Shown: piece by piece, positions 9,633 to 19,973 of the stretch | Numbering within the stretch: position 1 is the first letter of the stretch | How the letters are laid out: each line of letters opens with the position of its first letter | IMG/VR virus record: IMGVR_UViG_3300025168_000113 | Location: 1-54,412 of that record | Length of the DNA stretch: 54,412 nucleotides | Direction: 5' to 3' (one strand) | Source: a virus | Taxonomy: Duplodnaviria; Caudoviricetes | Translations under genes and position numbers: made by a program | The notes under the pieces: model-generated | The model's input: the letters and a program-made list of their open reading frames with translations, nothing else | Told to the model about the DNA's origin: nothing | Databases searched by the model: none

Positions 9633-10820
9633 ATGTCAAAAGAACCAACAACATTAGGGGTTGAACAAGAAGGTGATTTCAAAATGAAAAAGAAAAAACC
9701 TAGAAAATTAACTTCTAAAAAAAATGAAACAGTTAAATTAGATTTAACAAGCAAAGAAACTAAAAAAGAAGAAGATGCCGTTCCAAAGTCAGAACCAGTG
9801 TTACTGGATGAAAATAAACAAACCGGCAATGTACAAGAAATGGATGCGAGAACATCCACACCAGAAGTGCCACCTGTTAAAAAAGAGAAAGTCGAAGAAG
9901 AGAGTGGGTCGCCTATAGAAGAAATAAAAATTGGTGAACAAGAAAAGGAAGTAGAACCTCAAGTAGCTTCTACACCTAAAGCTGAAGTACATAGCCATAA
10001 AACTTTGCCGGAAAATATTGAAAAACTAACAAAGTTTATGAATGATACTGGCGGCACTATTGAAGACTATGTTAGGTTAAATGCTGACTATTCTGGAGTT
10101 AGTGACGAAGCTTTATTAAAAGAATATTACAAGAAAAATAAACCATACTTAACAGCAGATGAAATTGAACTTCAACTAGAAGATAAATTTTCATATGATG
10201 AAAGTTATGATGAAGAAAAAGAAATTCGCAGGAAAAAACTTGCGATTAAAGAAGAGGTTGCGAAAGCAAAAGGTTTTTTAGATAATCTTAAGAGTGAATA
10301 TTACGAGGAAATCAAGTTGAGACCTGGTACCACTCAAGACCAACAAAAAGCAATGGACTTTTTCAACCGATATAACAAAGAACAAGAAATAGCTAAACAA
10401 CAACACGAGGATTTTAAATCTACAACTAAACAAATGTTCACTAACGAATTCAAAGGTTTTGAATTTAACGTTGGCGAGAAAAAATTTAGATATGGAATTA
10501 ATAATCCTAATGAAGTTGCTGATGCTCAATCAAACATTTCCAATTGGGTTAAGACGTTCTTAGATGAAGATGGTAGTGTTAAAGATCACAGAAGTTATCA
10601 TAAAGCTATGTACGCTGCGCGCAACGCGGATACTATTGCTAAACATTTTTACGAGCAAGGCAAAGCTGATGCTATTAAAAATATAAACGCAAAATCTAAA
10701 AATATAGGAGGTGAAGCAAGACAATCCGCTCCATCTGATGTATTTATAAACGGATTAAAAGTAAAAGCAGTGAACGGTGTAGATAGTTCTAAGTTAAAAA
10801 TTAAAAAAAGAAAACTATAA
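9633..10820 (+). CDS. Capsid scaffolding protein
   Basis: Acidic low-complexity N-terminus, helical C-terminus; sits between portal and capsid genes. Confidence 0.65.
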   Translation: MSKEPTTLGVEQEGDFKMKKKKPRKLTSKKNETVKLDLTSKETKKEEDAVPKSEPVLLDENKQTGNVQEMDARTSTPEVPPVKKEKVEEESGSPIEEIKIGEQEKEVEPQVASTPKAEVHSHKTLPENIEKLTKFMNDTGGTIEDYVRLNADYSGVSDEALLKEYYKKNKPYLTADEIELQLEDKFSYDESYDEEKEIRRKKLAIKEEVAKAKGFLDNLKSEYYEEIKLRPGTTQDQQKAMDFFNRYNKEQEIAKQQHEDFKSTTKQMFTNEFKGFEFNVGEKKFRYGINNPNEVADAQSNISNWVKTFLDEDGSVKDHRSYHKAMYAARNADTIAKHFYEQGKADAIKNINAKSKNIGGEARQSAPSDVFINGLKVKAVNGVDSSKLKIKKRKL

Positions 10821-10839
10821 ATAACAAAAATTAAAAATT

Positions 10840-12333
10840 ATGGGATTTGCAACAAGCGGGAGTTTTCCTGCAAGCTTAATACCAGCTCAAAAGAAACAAG
10901 CTTTAGATAACAATTATCTAAATTTTGCTGATGGATCTTCTGACTGGGCACAACAATATTTACCTGAACTTTACGAACAAGAAGTAGAGAGATATGGAAA
11001 TAGAACACTATCTGGATTCTTAAGAATGGTTGGCGCTGAAATGCCAATGACTTCTGATCAAGTAATTTGGACTGAACAAAATAGGTTACATGTATCATAT
11101 AATGAATGTAACGTAAAAGGTGCTGCACCTACTAACACTATTCAAATTGAGTTGGCTAACGCTAACCCAACTACTAGTGGTAGAGGTAACAACACTGTAG
11201 CTATAAAAGCAAACCAAACCATTTTAATAGCAGATAATGCTACTGGTTTGATTACTTCTAAAGCAATTGTATCAACAGTGACACAACCAACTGCTCCAGC
11301 TACTGTAGCTGAAATAGTTGTAGTTCCTTATGCTGCTGTTGCTTTTCCAGCCGCTTTACAAGCGTTAACAACTGCTAATGATGTTAACTTGTTTGTTTAC
11401 GGCTCAGAATTTGGCAAAGGATCTGATGACGCTTCTATGGCTTCTATCGAACCTGGTTTTACAGAGTTCAATAACTCACCAATTATTATTAGAGATAAGT
11501 ACCAAGTTAATGGTTCTGATGCTGCTCAAATAGGATGGGTTGAAGTTGCTACTGAAGATGGAACATCTGGATATCTTTGGTATTTAAAAGCTGAATCTGA
11601 AACTAGATTAAGATTTGAAGATTACATGGAAATGGCTTTGGTTGAAGGTGAATTAGCTGGTCACACAGTTGCTATGCCTAATCAAACAAGCGTTAACCTT
11701 AAAGGTACTCAAGGTTTATTTAAAGCTATTGAAGCTAGAGGTAACGTATATCAAGGTTTTGCTGGTGCTGCTGCTCCTGGAGCTGGTGCTATGGGTGATT
11801 TCGATGAAATTCTTAAAAACCTAGATAAACAAGGCGCTATTGAAGAAAACATGCTTTTCTTACAGAGAGAAACAGCTCTTGATTTTGATGATATGATCGC
11901 AGCTATGGCTGGTGGAGGTTATGCTTCAACTGCTTCTGCTTCTTACGGTCTTTTTGACAATGAAGAAGACATGGCATTAAACTTTGGATTTTCTGGTTTT
12001 AGAAGAGGTTCTTATGACTTTTACAAAACTGATTGGAAATATCTAAACGATGCTTCTACTAGAGGTTTATCTAAAGCAATTGATGGTGTTTTGATTCCTG
12101 CTGGAACTTCAACAGTATACGATCAAATGTTAGGTGCTAACATCAGACGTCCATTCTTACACGTAAGATATAGAGCTTCTGAAACTGAAGATAGAAGATA
12201 CAAAAACTGGATTACTGGTTCAGTTGGTGGAGCTTACACTTCAGGTGTTGATGCAATGTCTGTACACTTCTTAACTGAAAGATGTTTAGTAACTCAAGCA
12301 GCTAATAACTTTGTGTTATTCAAAGCGGTTTAA
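10840..12333 (+). CDS. Major capsid protein
   Basis: 497 aa after the scaffold, strongly biased codons (GCT, GGT), followed by a terminator; resembles Bacteroidota podovirus capsid proteins. Confidence 0.8.
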   Translation: MGFATSGSFPASLIPAQKKQALDNNYLNFADGSSDWAQQYLPELYEQEVERYGNRTLSGFLRMVGAEMPMTSDQVIWTEQNRLHVSYNECNVKGAAPTNTIQIELANANPTTSGRGNNTVAIKANQTILIADNATGLITSKAIVSTVTQPTAPATVAEIVVVPYAAVAFPAALQALTTANDVNLFVYGSEFGKGSDDASMASIEPGFTEFNNSPIIIRDKYQVNGSDAAQIGWVEVATEDGTSGYLWYLKAESETRLRFEDYMEMALVEGELAGHTVAMPNQTSVNLKGTQGLFKAIEARGNVYQGFAGAAAPGAGAMGDFDEILKNLDKQGAIEENMLFLQRETALDFDDMIAAMAGGGYASTASASYGLFDNEEDMALNFGFSGFRRGSYDFYKTDWKYLNDASTRGLSKAIDGVLIPAGTSTVYDQMLGANIRRPFLHVRYRASETEDRRYKNWITGSVGGAYTSGVDAMSVHFLTERCLVTQAANNFVLFKAV

Positions 12334-12344
12334 TATTATATAGT

Positions 12345-12372
12345 GAGAGTGGCTTAGGTCACTCTCTTTATT
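12345..12372 (+). terminator. Intrinsic terminator after the capsid gene
   Basis: GAGAGTGGC-TTAG-GTCACTCTC followed by TTTATT. Confidence 0.75.
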
Positions 12373-12394
12373 AACCTTTAAATAATAAAAAATT

Positions 12395-12736
12395 ATGGCA
12401 AACTTTATGAAATTCGAATTGGATGCTGACAACAGCATTCACTTAAATGTTGAAAACGTGTATAGAGTAGGACTTGCTGCAAACGATCCTACAGATGCAG
12501 ATGTTATATTTTATTACAATGTGGCGTCAGCTGCTGGCACAAATGTTTGGGCTGTTGTTGCAAAATTTGCTTCGGCAATTACGCAAAAACAAGCTAATGA
12601 TTTAGAGATACTCGTAAGACGTATCAATAAAAATCAAGGTGGTATTATTAATGCATCAGATGTGGTTGGAGTAGGCGCTTATTTAGACAGTGGTGTTCCA
12701 CTTGCTGTACCTAGTAACACAGCTCAACCAAGTTAA
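12395..12736 (+). CDS. Putative virion/decoration protein
   Basis: 113 aa, Ala/Val-rich, immediately after the capsid gene. Confidence 0.55.
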   Translation: MANFMKFELDADNSIHLNVENVYRVGLAANDPTDADVIFYYNVASAAGTNVWAVVAKFASAITQKQANDLEILVRRINKNQGGIINASDVVGVGAYLDSGVPLAVPSNTAQPS

Positions 12737-12754
12737 ACTTTAAAAATATATATT

Positions 12755-13360
12755 ATGCAAAATGGTATTAAAGTTCCACTTAGTGGAGCGTTTATTGCAG
12801 GAGCAATCGGACCAGCTGCTACAGATACACAACTAGACATATCAGCAATGGTATGGGTAGCTAATGGTACTCCATCACTGGACGCTGTTGGTGGATCTGG
12901 AACAGGTGCTAAAGCTACTGTTACAATTACTGGTGGTACGACTGCTGCTACTACTTTAACTTTTACCGCTGGTACAGGTTATAAAGTAGGGGATGTGTTA
13001 ACTATAACTCAATCTGGCGGTGCTAACTTTACAGGAAGCATTACATTAACAGTTATTGAAGAAGATTTATTAGGAGATGAAACTGAAGGTTACATTATGC
13101 GTCCACTTGCAGGTCAATGGACCAGCGTGTTGAAACCTGCACTTTTAGATTCTTTTAATAAAGTTTATATTCCTCAAATAGAATCAGATCACGAAAGACT
13201 ATGGACGATCACTTTAACTGGTGGATCTCCAACCAATGCCACAGCGGTAACTGTTGCTTTTGATAAAGCAATGGTTAAAGCTTGTCAAAGACCTCAACAA
13301 GACATTACTTTAACAGGACTTCCTACTGGAGTTTCTGTTAGTTCTGTTAAGTTAACTTAG
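12755..13360 (+). CDS. Virion protein with a Gly/Thr-rich beta module
   Basis: Contains GSGTGA...GTGYKVGDVLTI. Confidence 0.6.
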   Translation: MQNGIKVPLSGAFIAGAIGPAATDTQLDISAMVWVANGTPSLDAVGGSGTGAKATVTITGGTTAATTLTFTAGTGYKVGDVLTITQSGGANFTGSITLTVIEEDLLGDETEGYIMRPLAGQWTSVLKPALLDSFNKVYIPQIESDHERLWTITLTGGSPTNATAVTVAFDKAMVKACQRPQQDITLTGLPTGVSVSSVKLT

Positions 13361-13373
13361 TCTTTAAAATAAT

Positions 13374-13398
13374 GATCCCGCTTAGGCGGGGTCTTTTT
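13374..13398 (+). terminator. Intrinsic terminator
   Basis: GATCCCGC-TTAG-GCGGGGTC followed by TTTTT. Confidence 0.85.
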
Positions 13399-13423
13399 AA
13401 TTATTATTATATTATATTATATC
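13399..13423 (+). promoter_or_regulatory. (TTATA)n tract before a start codon, second copy
   Basis: AATTATTATTATATTATATTATATC-ATG. Confidence 0.35.
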
Positions 13424-14194
13424 ATGGAAAAAACAAAAGAAAAAACTACTCAAGTAAAAGATACTTGGGAATACAAAGATAGAAATTATTATTTAAGCGA
13501 TGGAAAATCTCCTTTGTCTTATACAATACCAAGTAGACATACTCGCAAGTACCCATTAGTCTGGTTTGACCCAGAACTTGGTTACGAAAGAGAATTAAGG
13601 TATGCTACTAATCAAAAGTCTATATTTGTTGATGAGCAAAAAGGAAGTGCTACATTAAGACACATTGTTTTTGCAGATGGAGTTTTGCATGTTCCTAAAA
13701 ACAAAAGAAGCTTGCAAGAGTTTTTAAGTATACATCCTCACAACGGTGTTATATTTAAAGAATTAGATAGACAGGTAGAAGCAGTTGATGAATTAGAATA
13801 CTTGGAGCTAGAAGATGATGCTGTAGGTTTAGCTAGGGCCATTGACATTGAACAACTAGAAGCAATACTTAGAGTTGAACAAGGGTCTAGTGTTTCCAAC
13901 TTGACATCTAAAGAAATAAAAAGAGATGGTATATTGCTTGCAAAAAGAAACCCAGCTTTATTTATTAATTTAGCTCAAGATGAGAATGTTATACTTAGAA
14001 ATTTTGCTATTAAATCTGTAGAAGCAAATATTGTTAAGTTGTCTAGTGATCAAAGAACTTTTAAATGGGCAACTAATGGTCGTAAATTAATGACTGTTCC
14101 GTTTGATGAAAATCCATACTCAGCTATGGCCGCGTGGTTTAAGACTGATGAAGGTTTAGAAGTTTACAAGTCTATAGAGAAAAAACTCTCTTAA
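13424..14194 (+). CDS. Hypothetical protein in the morphogenesis module
   Basis: 256-aa ORF flanked by two terminators. Confidence 0.7.
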   Translation: MEKTKEKTTQVKDTWEYKDRNYYLSDGKSPLSYTIPSRHTRKYPLVWFDPELGYERELRYATNQKSIFVDEQKGSATLRHIVFADGVLHVPKNKRSLQEFLSIHPHNGVIFKELDRQVEAVDELEYLELEDDAVGLARAIDIEQLEAILRVEQGSSVSNLTSKEIKRDGILLAKRNPALFINLAQDENVILRNFAIKSVEANIVKLSSDQRTFKWATNGRKLMTVPFDENPYSAMAAWFKTDEGLEVYKSIEKKLS

Positions 14195-14205
14195 CATGTA
14201 ATTAT

Positions 14206-14238
14206 AAAAGGGTGGCTTAACCGCCATCCTTTTTTTTT
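14206..14238 (+). terminator. Intrinsic terminator
   Basis: AAAAGGGTGGC-TTAACC-GCCATCCT followed by a long T run. Confidence 0.85.
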
Positions 14239-14251
14239 AAAAAATATTAAT

Positions 14252-15268
14252 ATGGTAAACGTAAATATAGTTTATAAAACAGTGTTGTATATTCTCAACA
14301 AAGAGCAAAGAGGATATGTTACTCCAGATGAATTTAACAAGTTAGGAATTCAAGTACAAAGAGAAATATTCGAACAGTACTTTGACGAACTTAACCAACA
14401 ATTACGTGTGCCTCAAAACAGTGACGAGTACGCTGACAGAGTTAAAAACTTAGAAGAAAAAATTGACGTTTTTAAAAAGTTTGGCAATTGTACTTACTCT
14501 AACCCTCACTTTTCTTTACCTACTGATGTTCATCGGTTAGGTATATTGGCTTATAGAGAAAAAGAAATACAAAAAATTGATAGAAGAAAATATCTATTAG
14601 TAAATAAGTCTTCATTAACAACTCCAACTACATCTAATCCTTTATACATTTTAGAGGGTACTGAATCACCTTCAGCTGCTCCTAGTAAAGCTTTTATTTA
14701 TCCAAGTAGCATAACCTCAGGCGTGATAGCTTATTATGTTAAAGCTCCTATCGATCCTAGATGGGGTTATTATGTTGGAAGTTTAGGACAATACGTTTAT
14801 GATAGCACTATTTATGGAGCTAATCTGCTAAATAATGGAGGGTCATTAAGTTCTATATTAACAAATCCTACAGGTGTTGCTCCTGATGGAGTTAAAACTA
14901 ATTTAGCAACAACAGTTGCTCCAGTTGGTGGTACTGGTGCTGTATTGTCAGCTGTAGTCAGTAGTGGAACTGTGACATCGGTTACTGTAACCACGCCTGG
15001 ATCAGGATACAATGTTGGTGATGTTTTAAAAGTAGATCAAGGGGCTTTTACAGGTGCACCAACTAGTGATTTAGATATTACTTTAACTGCTGCAGACTTC
15101 AACTCAGGTAGTACTTATGGTTCAACTCAATTTGAGTTACATCCTTCTGAACAAACTAATATAATAATGAATATATTAATGTACTGCGGTGTTGTGATTA
15201 GAGATCCACAGATAATACAAAGCGCAGCTCAAATGATAGCTCAAGATGAAGCACTAGAAAAAAGTTAA
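14252..15268 (+). CDS. Tail ring/head-tail adaptor protein
   Basis: Helical N- and C-termini around a beta core with a PxWGY motif, plus an inserted GSGY module; positional support. Confidence 0.55.
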   Translation: MVNVNIVYKTVLYILNKEQRGYVTPDEFNKLGIQVQREIFEQYFDELNQQLRVPQNSDEYADRVKNLEEKIDVFKKFGNCTYSNPHFSLPTDVHRLGILAYREKEIQKIDRRKYLLVNKSSLTTPTTSNPLYILEGTESPSAAPSKAFIYPSSITSGVIAYYVKAPIDPRWGYYVGSLGQYVYDSTIYGANLLNNGGSLSSILTNPTGVAPDGVKTNLATTVAPVGGTGAVLSAVVSSGTVTSVTVTTPGSGYNVGDVLKVDQGAFTGAPTSDLDITLTAADFNSGSTYGSTQFELHPSEQTNIIMNILMYCGVVIRDPQIIQSAAQMIAQDEALEKS

Positions 15269-15274
15269 TAAAAT

Positions 15275-16477
15275 ATGGGAGCAATAAGAGAAACAAACGA
15301 ACAATATTACGCAGGCACACAAATACTTCAAGCGGATGCGTTAGGTAGTGCTGGACAAACTTTTACTTTTACCTTTAACACTCCATTATCTTTAGGTAGT
15401 GCTACTAGTTGGGATCCTACAGTTAACGAGTATGCGTTAAATAATTTTAAAATATATACTTCTGCTACTGGTACATCTGGCTCTTGGGTTGAATACATAT
15501 TAGCTTACGCGGTGTCAACAACACCTGTAGGTCCTAATATAAATAGTTTAATAACTATAACAGCAGCAATACCTGCTAATGTGTATGTTAAAGTAGAATT
15601 ATCTACAAGTGCTGTTCAAAATAATTATGGTGGGTATGCTTATGTAACGATAAACGATATAGTTACTAACTTTTTAATTGCCTACGTTGGAGCAGGTAAG
15701 TTAATACCAAAAGCGGCTAGAACAGATGTAATGTTTCACGCTAAAAGAGGATTACAAGAGTTTAGCTATGATACATTAAGAAGTATAAAGTCACAGGAAT
15801 TAGTTATACCTCCAAGTTTGTCTTTAATCATACCACAAGATTACGTTAACTATGTTAAAATGTCTTGGGTTGATGAATTAGGCGTTAAACATATAATATA
15901 TCCTACACAACTAACTAGTAATCCAACTAGCATACCTATTCAAGATAATGAAGGAGTTCCTACTCAAGACAACTTTGGTAGTAACTTACAAGGAACTTCG
16001 TTAACTGAAAAGCGTTGGTCTGAAGCTTCTGACTATAAACTATCTGGAGCCTATAACACCGATCAATACAATGCTGGAGTATATGATTGGAGTTGGCAAA
16101 AGCTTGCTTATGGCCAAAGATATGGGTTAAACCCTGCTACTTCTCAGACAAATGGTTGGTTTACGATTAATGAAAGAGAAAATAAGTTTTCTTTTAGTAG
16201 TAACTTAAGTGGTAGATTAATACTGCTAGAGTACATATCAGACGGATTAGCTTACGAAGGAGATACTAAAGTTCCTAAAATGGCAGAGGAAGCAATGTAT
16301 ATGCATATAGCTTATTCAATTTTAGCAGGAAGAACTGGTGTTCAAGAGTATACTGTAGCAAGATTTAAAAAAGATAGAAGAGCAGCTTTAAGAAATGCTA
16401 AGATTAGATTATCTAATATTAAGTTAGATGAGTTCGTACAAATTATGAGAGGTAAGTCTAAATGGATTAAACATTAA
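15275..16477 (+). CDS. Tail ring/tubular structural protein
   Basis: IIPQDYVNYV and LEYISDG motifs resemble Bacteroidota podovirus ring proteins; positional support. Confidence 0.55.
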   Translation: MGAIRETNEQYYAGTQILQADALGSAGQTFTFTFNTPLSLGSATSWDPTVNEYALNNFKIYTSATGTSGSWVEYILAYAVSTTPVGPNINSLITITAAIPANVYVKVELSTSAVQNNYGGYAYVTINDIVTNFLIAYVGAGKLIPKAARTDVMFHAKRGLQEFSYDTLRSIKSQELVIPPSLSLIIPQDYVNYVKMSWVDELGVKHIIYPTQLTSNPTSIPIQDNEGVPTQDNFGSNLQGTSLTEKRWSEASDYKLSGAYNTDQYNAGVYDWSWQKLAYGQRYGLNPATSQTNGWFTINERENKFSFSSNLSGRLILLEYISDGLAYEGDTKVPKMAEEAMYMHIAYSILAGRTGVQEYTVARFKKDRRAALRNAKIRLSNIKLDEFVQIMRGKSKWIKH

Positions 16478-16481
16478 TTAA

Positions 16482-19400
16482 ATGGCAGAAGCAAAAAATA
16501 CTTTCATTAAGTCTAAAATGAATAAAGACTTAGATGACAGGTTAATACACAATCAAGAATATAGAGATGCGCAGAATGTAGCAGTTTCAAGGTCTGAAGA
16601 TGCTGATGTTGGTGCTTTAGAAAACGTGTTGGGAAATATATCTGTTACTGATTTTGGATATAGTGTTAATGATCAGATAGATATTATAGGCAAATACACA
16701 GATTTAGATAATGATAGAGTCTTTGTTTTTTTAACAAACTTTATAGATACTTCAGCAGATAGGCTAAGTGTACATACTAATGATGGGAGTTTTTCTAATG
16801 TTAAGTGTGCTATTGGTGTATACAACATCAACAGTACTACATACAATATTTTAGTAGAAGGAGCTTTTTTAAATTTTTCTAAAACGCATATTATAACTGG
16901 AGTAAATCTTCTTGAAAATTTACTATTCTGGACAGATAATAGGAACCAACCTAGAAAAATAAATATTACTTCTGCTTTAAACGACTCTACTTATTACACT
17001 TTAGAACATCAAATTTCAGTTGCAAAGTATTACCCAAACACCGCGGCAGTTCTTATAAAGAATGAAACACTTACTGTAGGTGGAGATGATTATACTGATT
17101 ATTTCAGTACAATGAGGGATATGACTAGTAATTTACTGCCAGATAACGCTACTAATAATCCTTTTGGCCCATCAGAGTTAGGTGCTAATTGGGAAGGTGA
17201 TGCAGATTTTTTAAAAGAAAAATTTGTTAGATTTAGCTATAGGTTTAAGTTTGAAGACAATGAATACTCTTTATTGGCTCCATTTACTCAAATATGTTTT
17301 GTGCCTGAACAGGACGGTTATTTCTTAGCAAAGAAAAACCAAGCCTCTGGGGTTCCTGATCAAGAAGATGTTGACGTTGCTTACAAAGATACTGAAGTTA
17401 GGTTTATGAGAAATAAAGTTAATCAAATAACTTTAATGATACCTCCACCAACAAATGGAGTTACTAGTGGTTTATGGAGTGACGCTGACGCTGTTTTTAA
17501 AATTAAAGAAATACAAATTATATATAAAGAAGCTAATGGTTTAGCTTTGTATTTAATAGACAAAATAAGTAAAGAAGATTTTACTAGCGCAACTACGACT
17601 GCTTTAAATCTTCATAGGTTGCCATATATTTACAACTCGCAAAAACCATACAAGGTTCTACCTAATGACGAGATAGTAAGAGTTTCAGATAGAGTGCCAT
17701 TAAGAGCAGCTAGTCAAGAGGTTTCAGGTAACAGAGTTATTTATGGTAACTATATAGATAAAGGAACTCCTCCTAAAACTTTAAACTATCAAACCTCTGT
17801 TGCTGTAAAAGGAGCTTTACAAGGTGATGGTACAGCAAACCCTAGTGCTATAACTTCTCCAATAAGAAAAGAATATCAAAATCATACATTAAAGCAAAAC
17901 AGATCATATGATACTGCTATTGTTTTATCTGATCTATATGGTAGGCAATCTGTTCCTATACCTACCTCTCAAGCTAATGGTAAAGCTTCTACAATTTTTC
18001 ACAATTACAAACAAAGTTCTTTTTCGGATGGAGATTCTATATCAGCTGGTAACTTGTATTCAGCTACAGACACTTGGCCTGGAGACTGTTTAAGAATGAT
18101 TTTTTATGATGTTATACCATCAAGTATTGCCGATGAAGGCTATCCAGGTTTGTGGAGTGAATCTAATCCAACAGGTTGGTATAGCTATAAAGTTGTTGTT
18201 AAACAGAAGGAACAAGAATATTACAATATATATTTTCCAGGAGTATTAGTTGGATCTACCAACCCTAACAACCCAAGTGTAGCAGGTACATTGCCAGGAC
18301 AAGATAACCCAATATCTTACATGGTGCTACACAGCGACAACATAAATAAAGTTCCAAGAGATTTAAAAACTGTTGGACCAGAACAAGCTTTATTTAGAAG
18401 CGGTAATAAACCAGAAAAGCCTAATTTTCAAGAATATGTGTTAGCTCAAATGGGAGGTAACGTACAAAGTGCTGAATCTCTTACAAATATTTTAACAAAT
18501 TATAATCAGCTAGTTGAAGAGGCAGAAAAAAGAATTAAAGAAAGAGAAGATGAGTTAGCTAGATTCGAAAACGCAAGTGTCGAGCTTTATCCTAGAGTTT
18601 ATAACTGGACTACTAATTTAAACACGAGACAAGCATATCCATATGTTGTAGGTAAAAATTTAATACCTGAAGATATAGTTACTATAGGAACAGGTAGAGA
18701 TTTAGACTTAATTAATGGAAGCGGAACAGTTAGTGGTATAGAGATAATAAGTGGAGGTGGCATATATACATCACCAGTTCCTTCACCACAAACTCTTGGA
18801 GGCGGATCTGGCACAGGTTTGAACGTTGCGCTAACTGATGTAGGTGGAGTTGTAACATCTGTAAGTATTACAAATGGAGGGTCTGGCTATAAAAATGGAG
18901 ACATTGTGCAAATGACTTACCCAGCTCAAACAGCACCATTTGAAACTGCCACTTTTAAAGTAACTGTTGCTGAACCTGATCCACAGTTTTACGATAGTAA
19001 ATCAAATCCACTGCTCGGAAAGATTAGAACTCAAAATACTGAATGGGGAAAAACAGCTGTAGACGGAATGGGACCTACACTGGCAGTGTACGAAACTAAA
19101 CCTGTTAATTCTAATATAGATTTGTATTGGGAAACTTCTACATCTGGAGATGTATCAAGTTTAAATACTGATATACTAGCTAACACAACAGAAATATGTA
19201 CTGGTTGGGGTGGTTTAACTGGAGGTACTACTGTTACTAATTACAGCACTGACATTGTTCCTTTAAACGTAACTGGTTCACCTTCTGGTTTTGTAGAAGC
19301 ACAATCAGTTGGTTATCAAGTGACAGGTACTAATAGTGGTGATTTTGTTGCTGTTAATAATACAGGTGGTGTTAAAACAGCTTTAAACTGTGATATGTCT

Positions 19401-19940
19401 ATTGTTGAAGTTTTAGATGGAAAAGGTAATGATGTTACTAGTAGATTTACTTTAACAGAGCATACAGCCGGACCTCCCTCTCAGTTTAGAATAAACACTA
19501 ATTATAACTTCTTACATTGGGCAGACAACGATTTAAATAAGTTTACTTTTTACATGAAGATAACTGAAGCAGCTTCCACTATTGTTAGTTATAAAAGTAT
19601 AGGACCTATAAGCTTGCTTAACAGTCCTCCAACTTTCGTTGGACTTGGAACAACATTTAGTTTGACTACAGCTGGAGGAGTAGTTACAAATGTTTCTGCT
19701 ACTAATGGAAGTGCTAATACTTCTTTAAACAAAAAAGAATTAACTTTTGATATAGCTTCACAAGCGTTAGGAACAACACCGGTAAGTTATTTTACACTAG
19801 GACCACAAACAACAGAAGGTACTGTTCAACTTATGACTACTTCTACTATACCTGCAGGAACTTACTCTGTGTCCTTGAAAGTTACAGATGGTGGAGGATC
19901 TTCTATAACATCAAGTGTTATTACTGTTAAAGTAACTTAG
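16482..19940 (+). CDS. Tail nozzle/stabilisation protein, N-terminal part
   Basis: Start MNKDLDDRL...EYRDAQN...GALEN and LLFWTDNRNQPRKIN beta-propeller-like motifs; Ig/cadherin-like C-terminus. Confidence 0.65.
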   Translation: MAEAKNTFIKSKMNKDLDDRLIHNQEYRDAQNVAVSRSEDADVGALENVLGNISVTDFGYSVNDQIDIIGKYTDLDNDRVFVFLTNFIDTSADRLSVHTNDGSFSNVKCAIGVYNINSTTYNILVEGAFLNFSKTHIITGVNLLENLLFWTDNRNQPRKINITSALNDSTYYTLEHQISVAKYYPNTAAVLIKNETLTVGGDDYTDYFSTMRDMTSNLLPDNATNNPFGPSELGANWEGDADFLKEKFVRFSYRFKFEDNEYSLLAPFTQICFVPEQDGYFLAKKNQASGVPDQEDVDVAYKDTEVRFMRNKVNQITLMIPPPTNGVTSGLWSDADAVFKIKEIQIIYKEANGLALYLIDKISKEDFTSATTTALNLHRLPYIYNSQKPYKVLPNDEIVRVSDRVPLRAASQEVSGNRVIYGNYIDKGTPPKTLNYQTSVAVKGALQGDGTANPSAITSPIRKEYQNHTLKQNRSYDTAIVLSDLYGRQSVPIPTSQANGKASTIFHNYKQSSFSDGDSISAGNLYSATDTWPGDCLRMIFYDVIPSSIADEGYPGLWSESNPTGWYSYKVVVKQKEQEYYNIYFPGVLVGSTNPNNPSVAGTLPGQDNPISYMVLHSDNINKVPRDLKTVGPEQALFRSGNKPEKPNFQEYVLAQMGGNVQSAESLTNILTNYNQLVEEAEKRIKEREDELARFENASVELYPRVYNWTTNLNTRQAYPYVVGKNLIPEDIVTIGTGRDLDLINGSGTVSGIEIISGGGIYTSPVPSPQTLGGGSGTGLNVALTDVGGVVTSVSITNGGSGYKNGDIVQMTYPAQTAPFETATFKVTVAEPDPQFYDSKSNPLLGKIRTQNTEWGKTAVDGMGPTLAVYETKPVNSNIDLYWETSTSGDVSSLNTDILANTTEICTGWGGLTGGTTVTNYSTDIVPLNVTGSPSGFVEAQSVGYQVTGTNSGDFVAVNNTGGVKTALNCDMSIVEVLDGKGNDVTSRFTLTEHTAGPPSQFRINTNYNFLHWADNDLNKFTFYMKITEAASTIVSYKSIGPISLLNSPPTFVGLGTTFSLTTAGGVVTNVSATNGSANTSLNKKELTFDIASQALGTTPVSYFTLGPQTTEGTVQLMTTSTIPAGTYSVSLKVTDGGGSSITSSVITVKVT

Positions 19941-19973
19941 TAATAATATTTTAAAATAAGTGATAATTTAATT

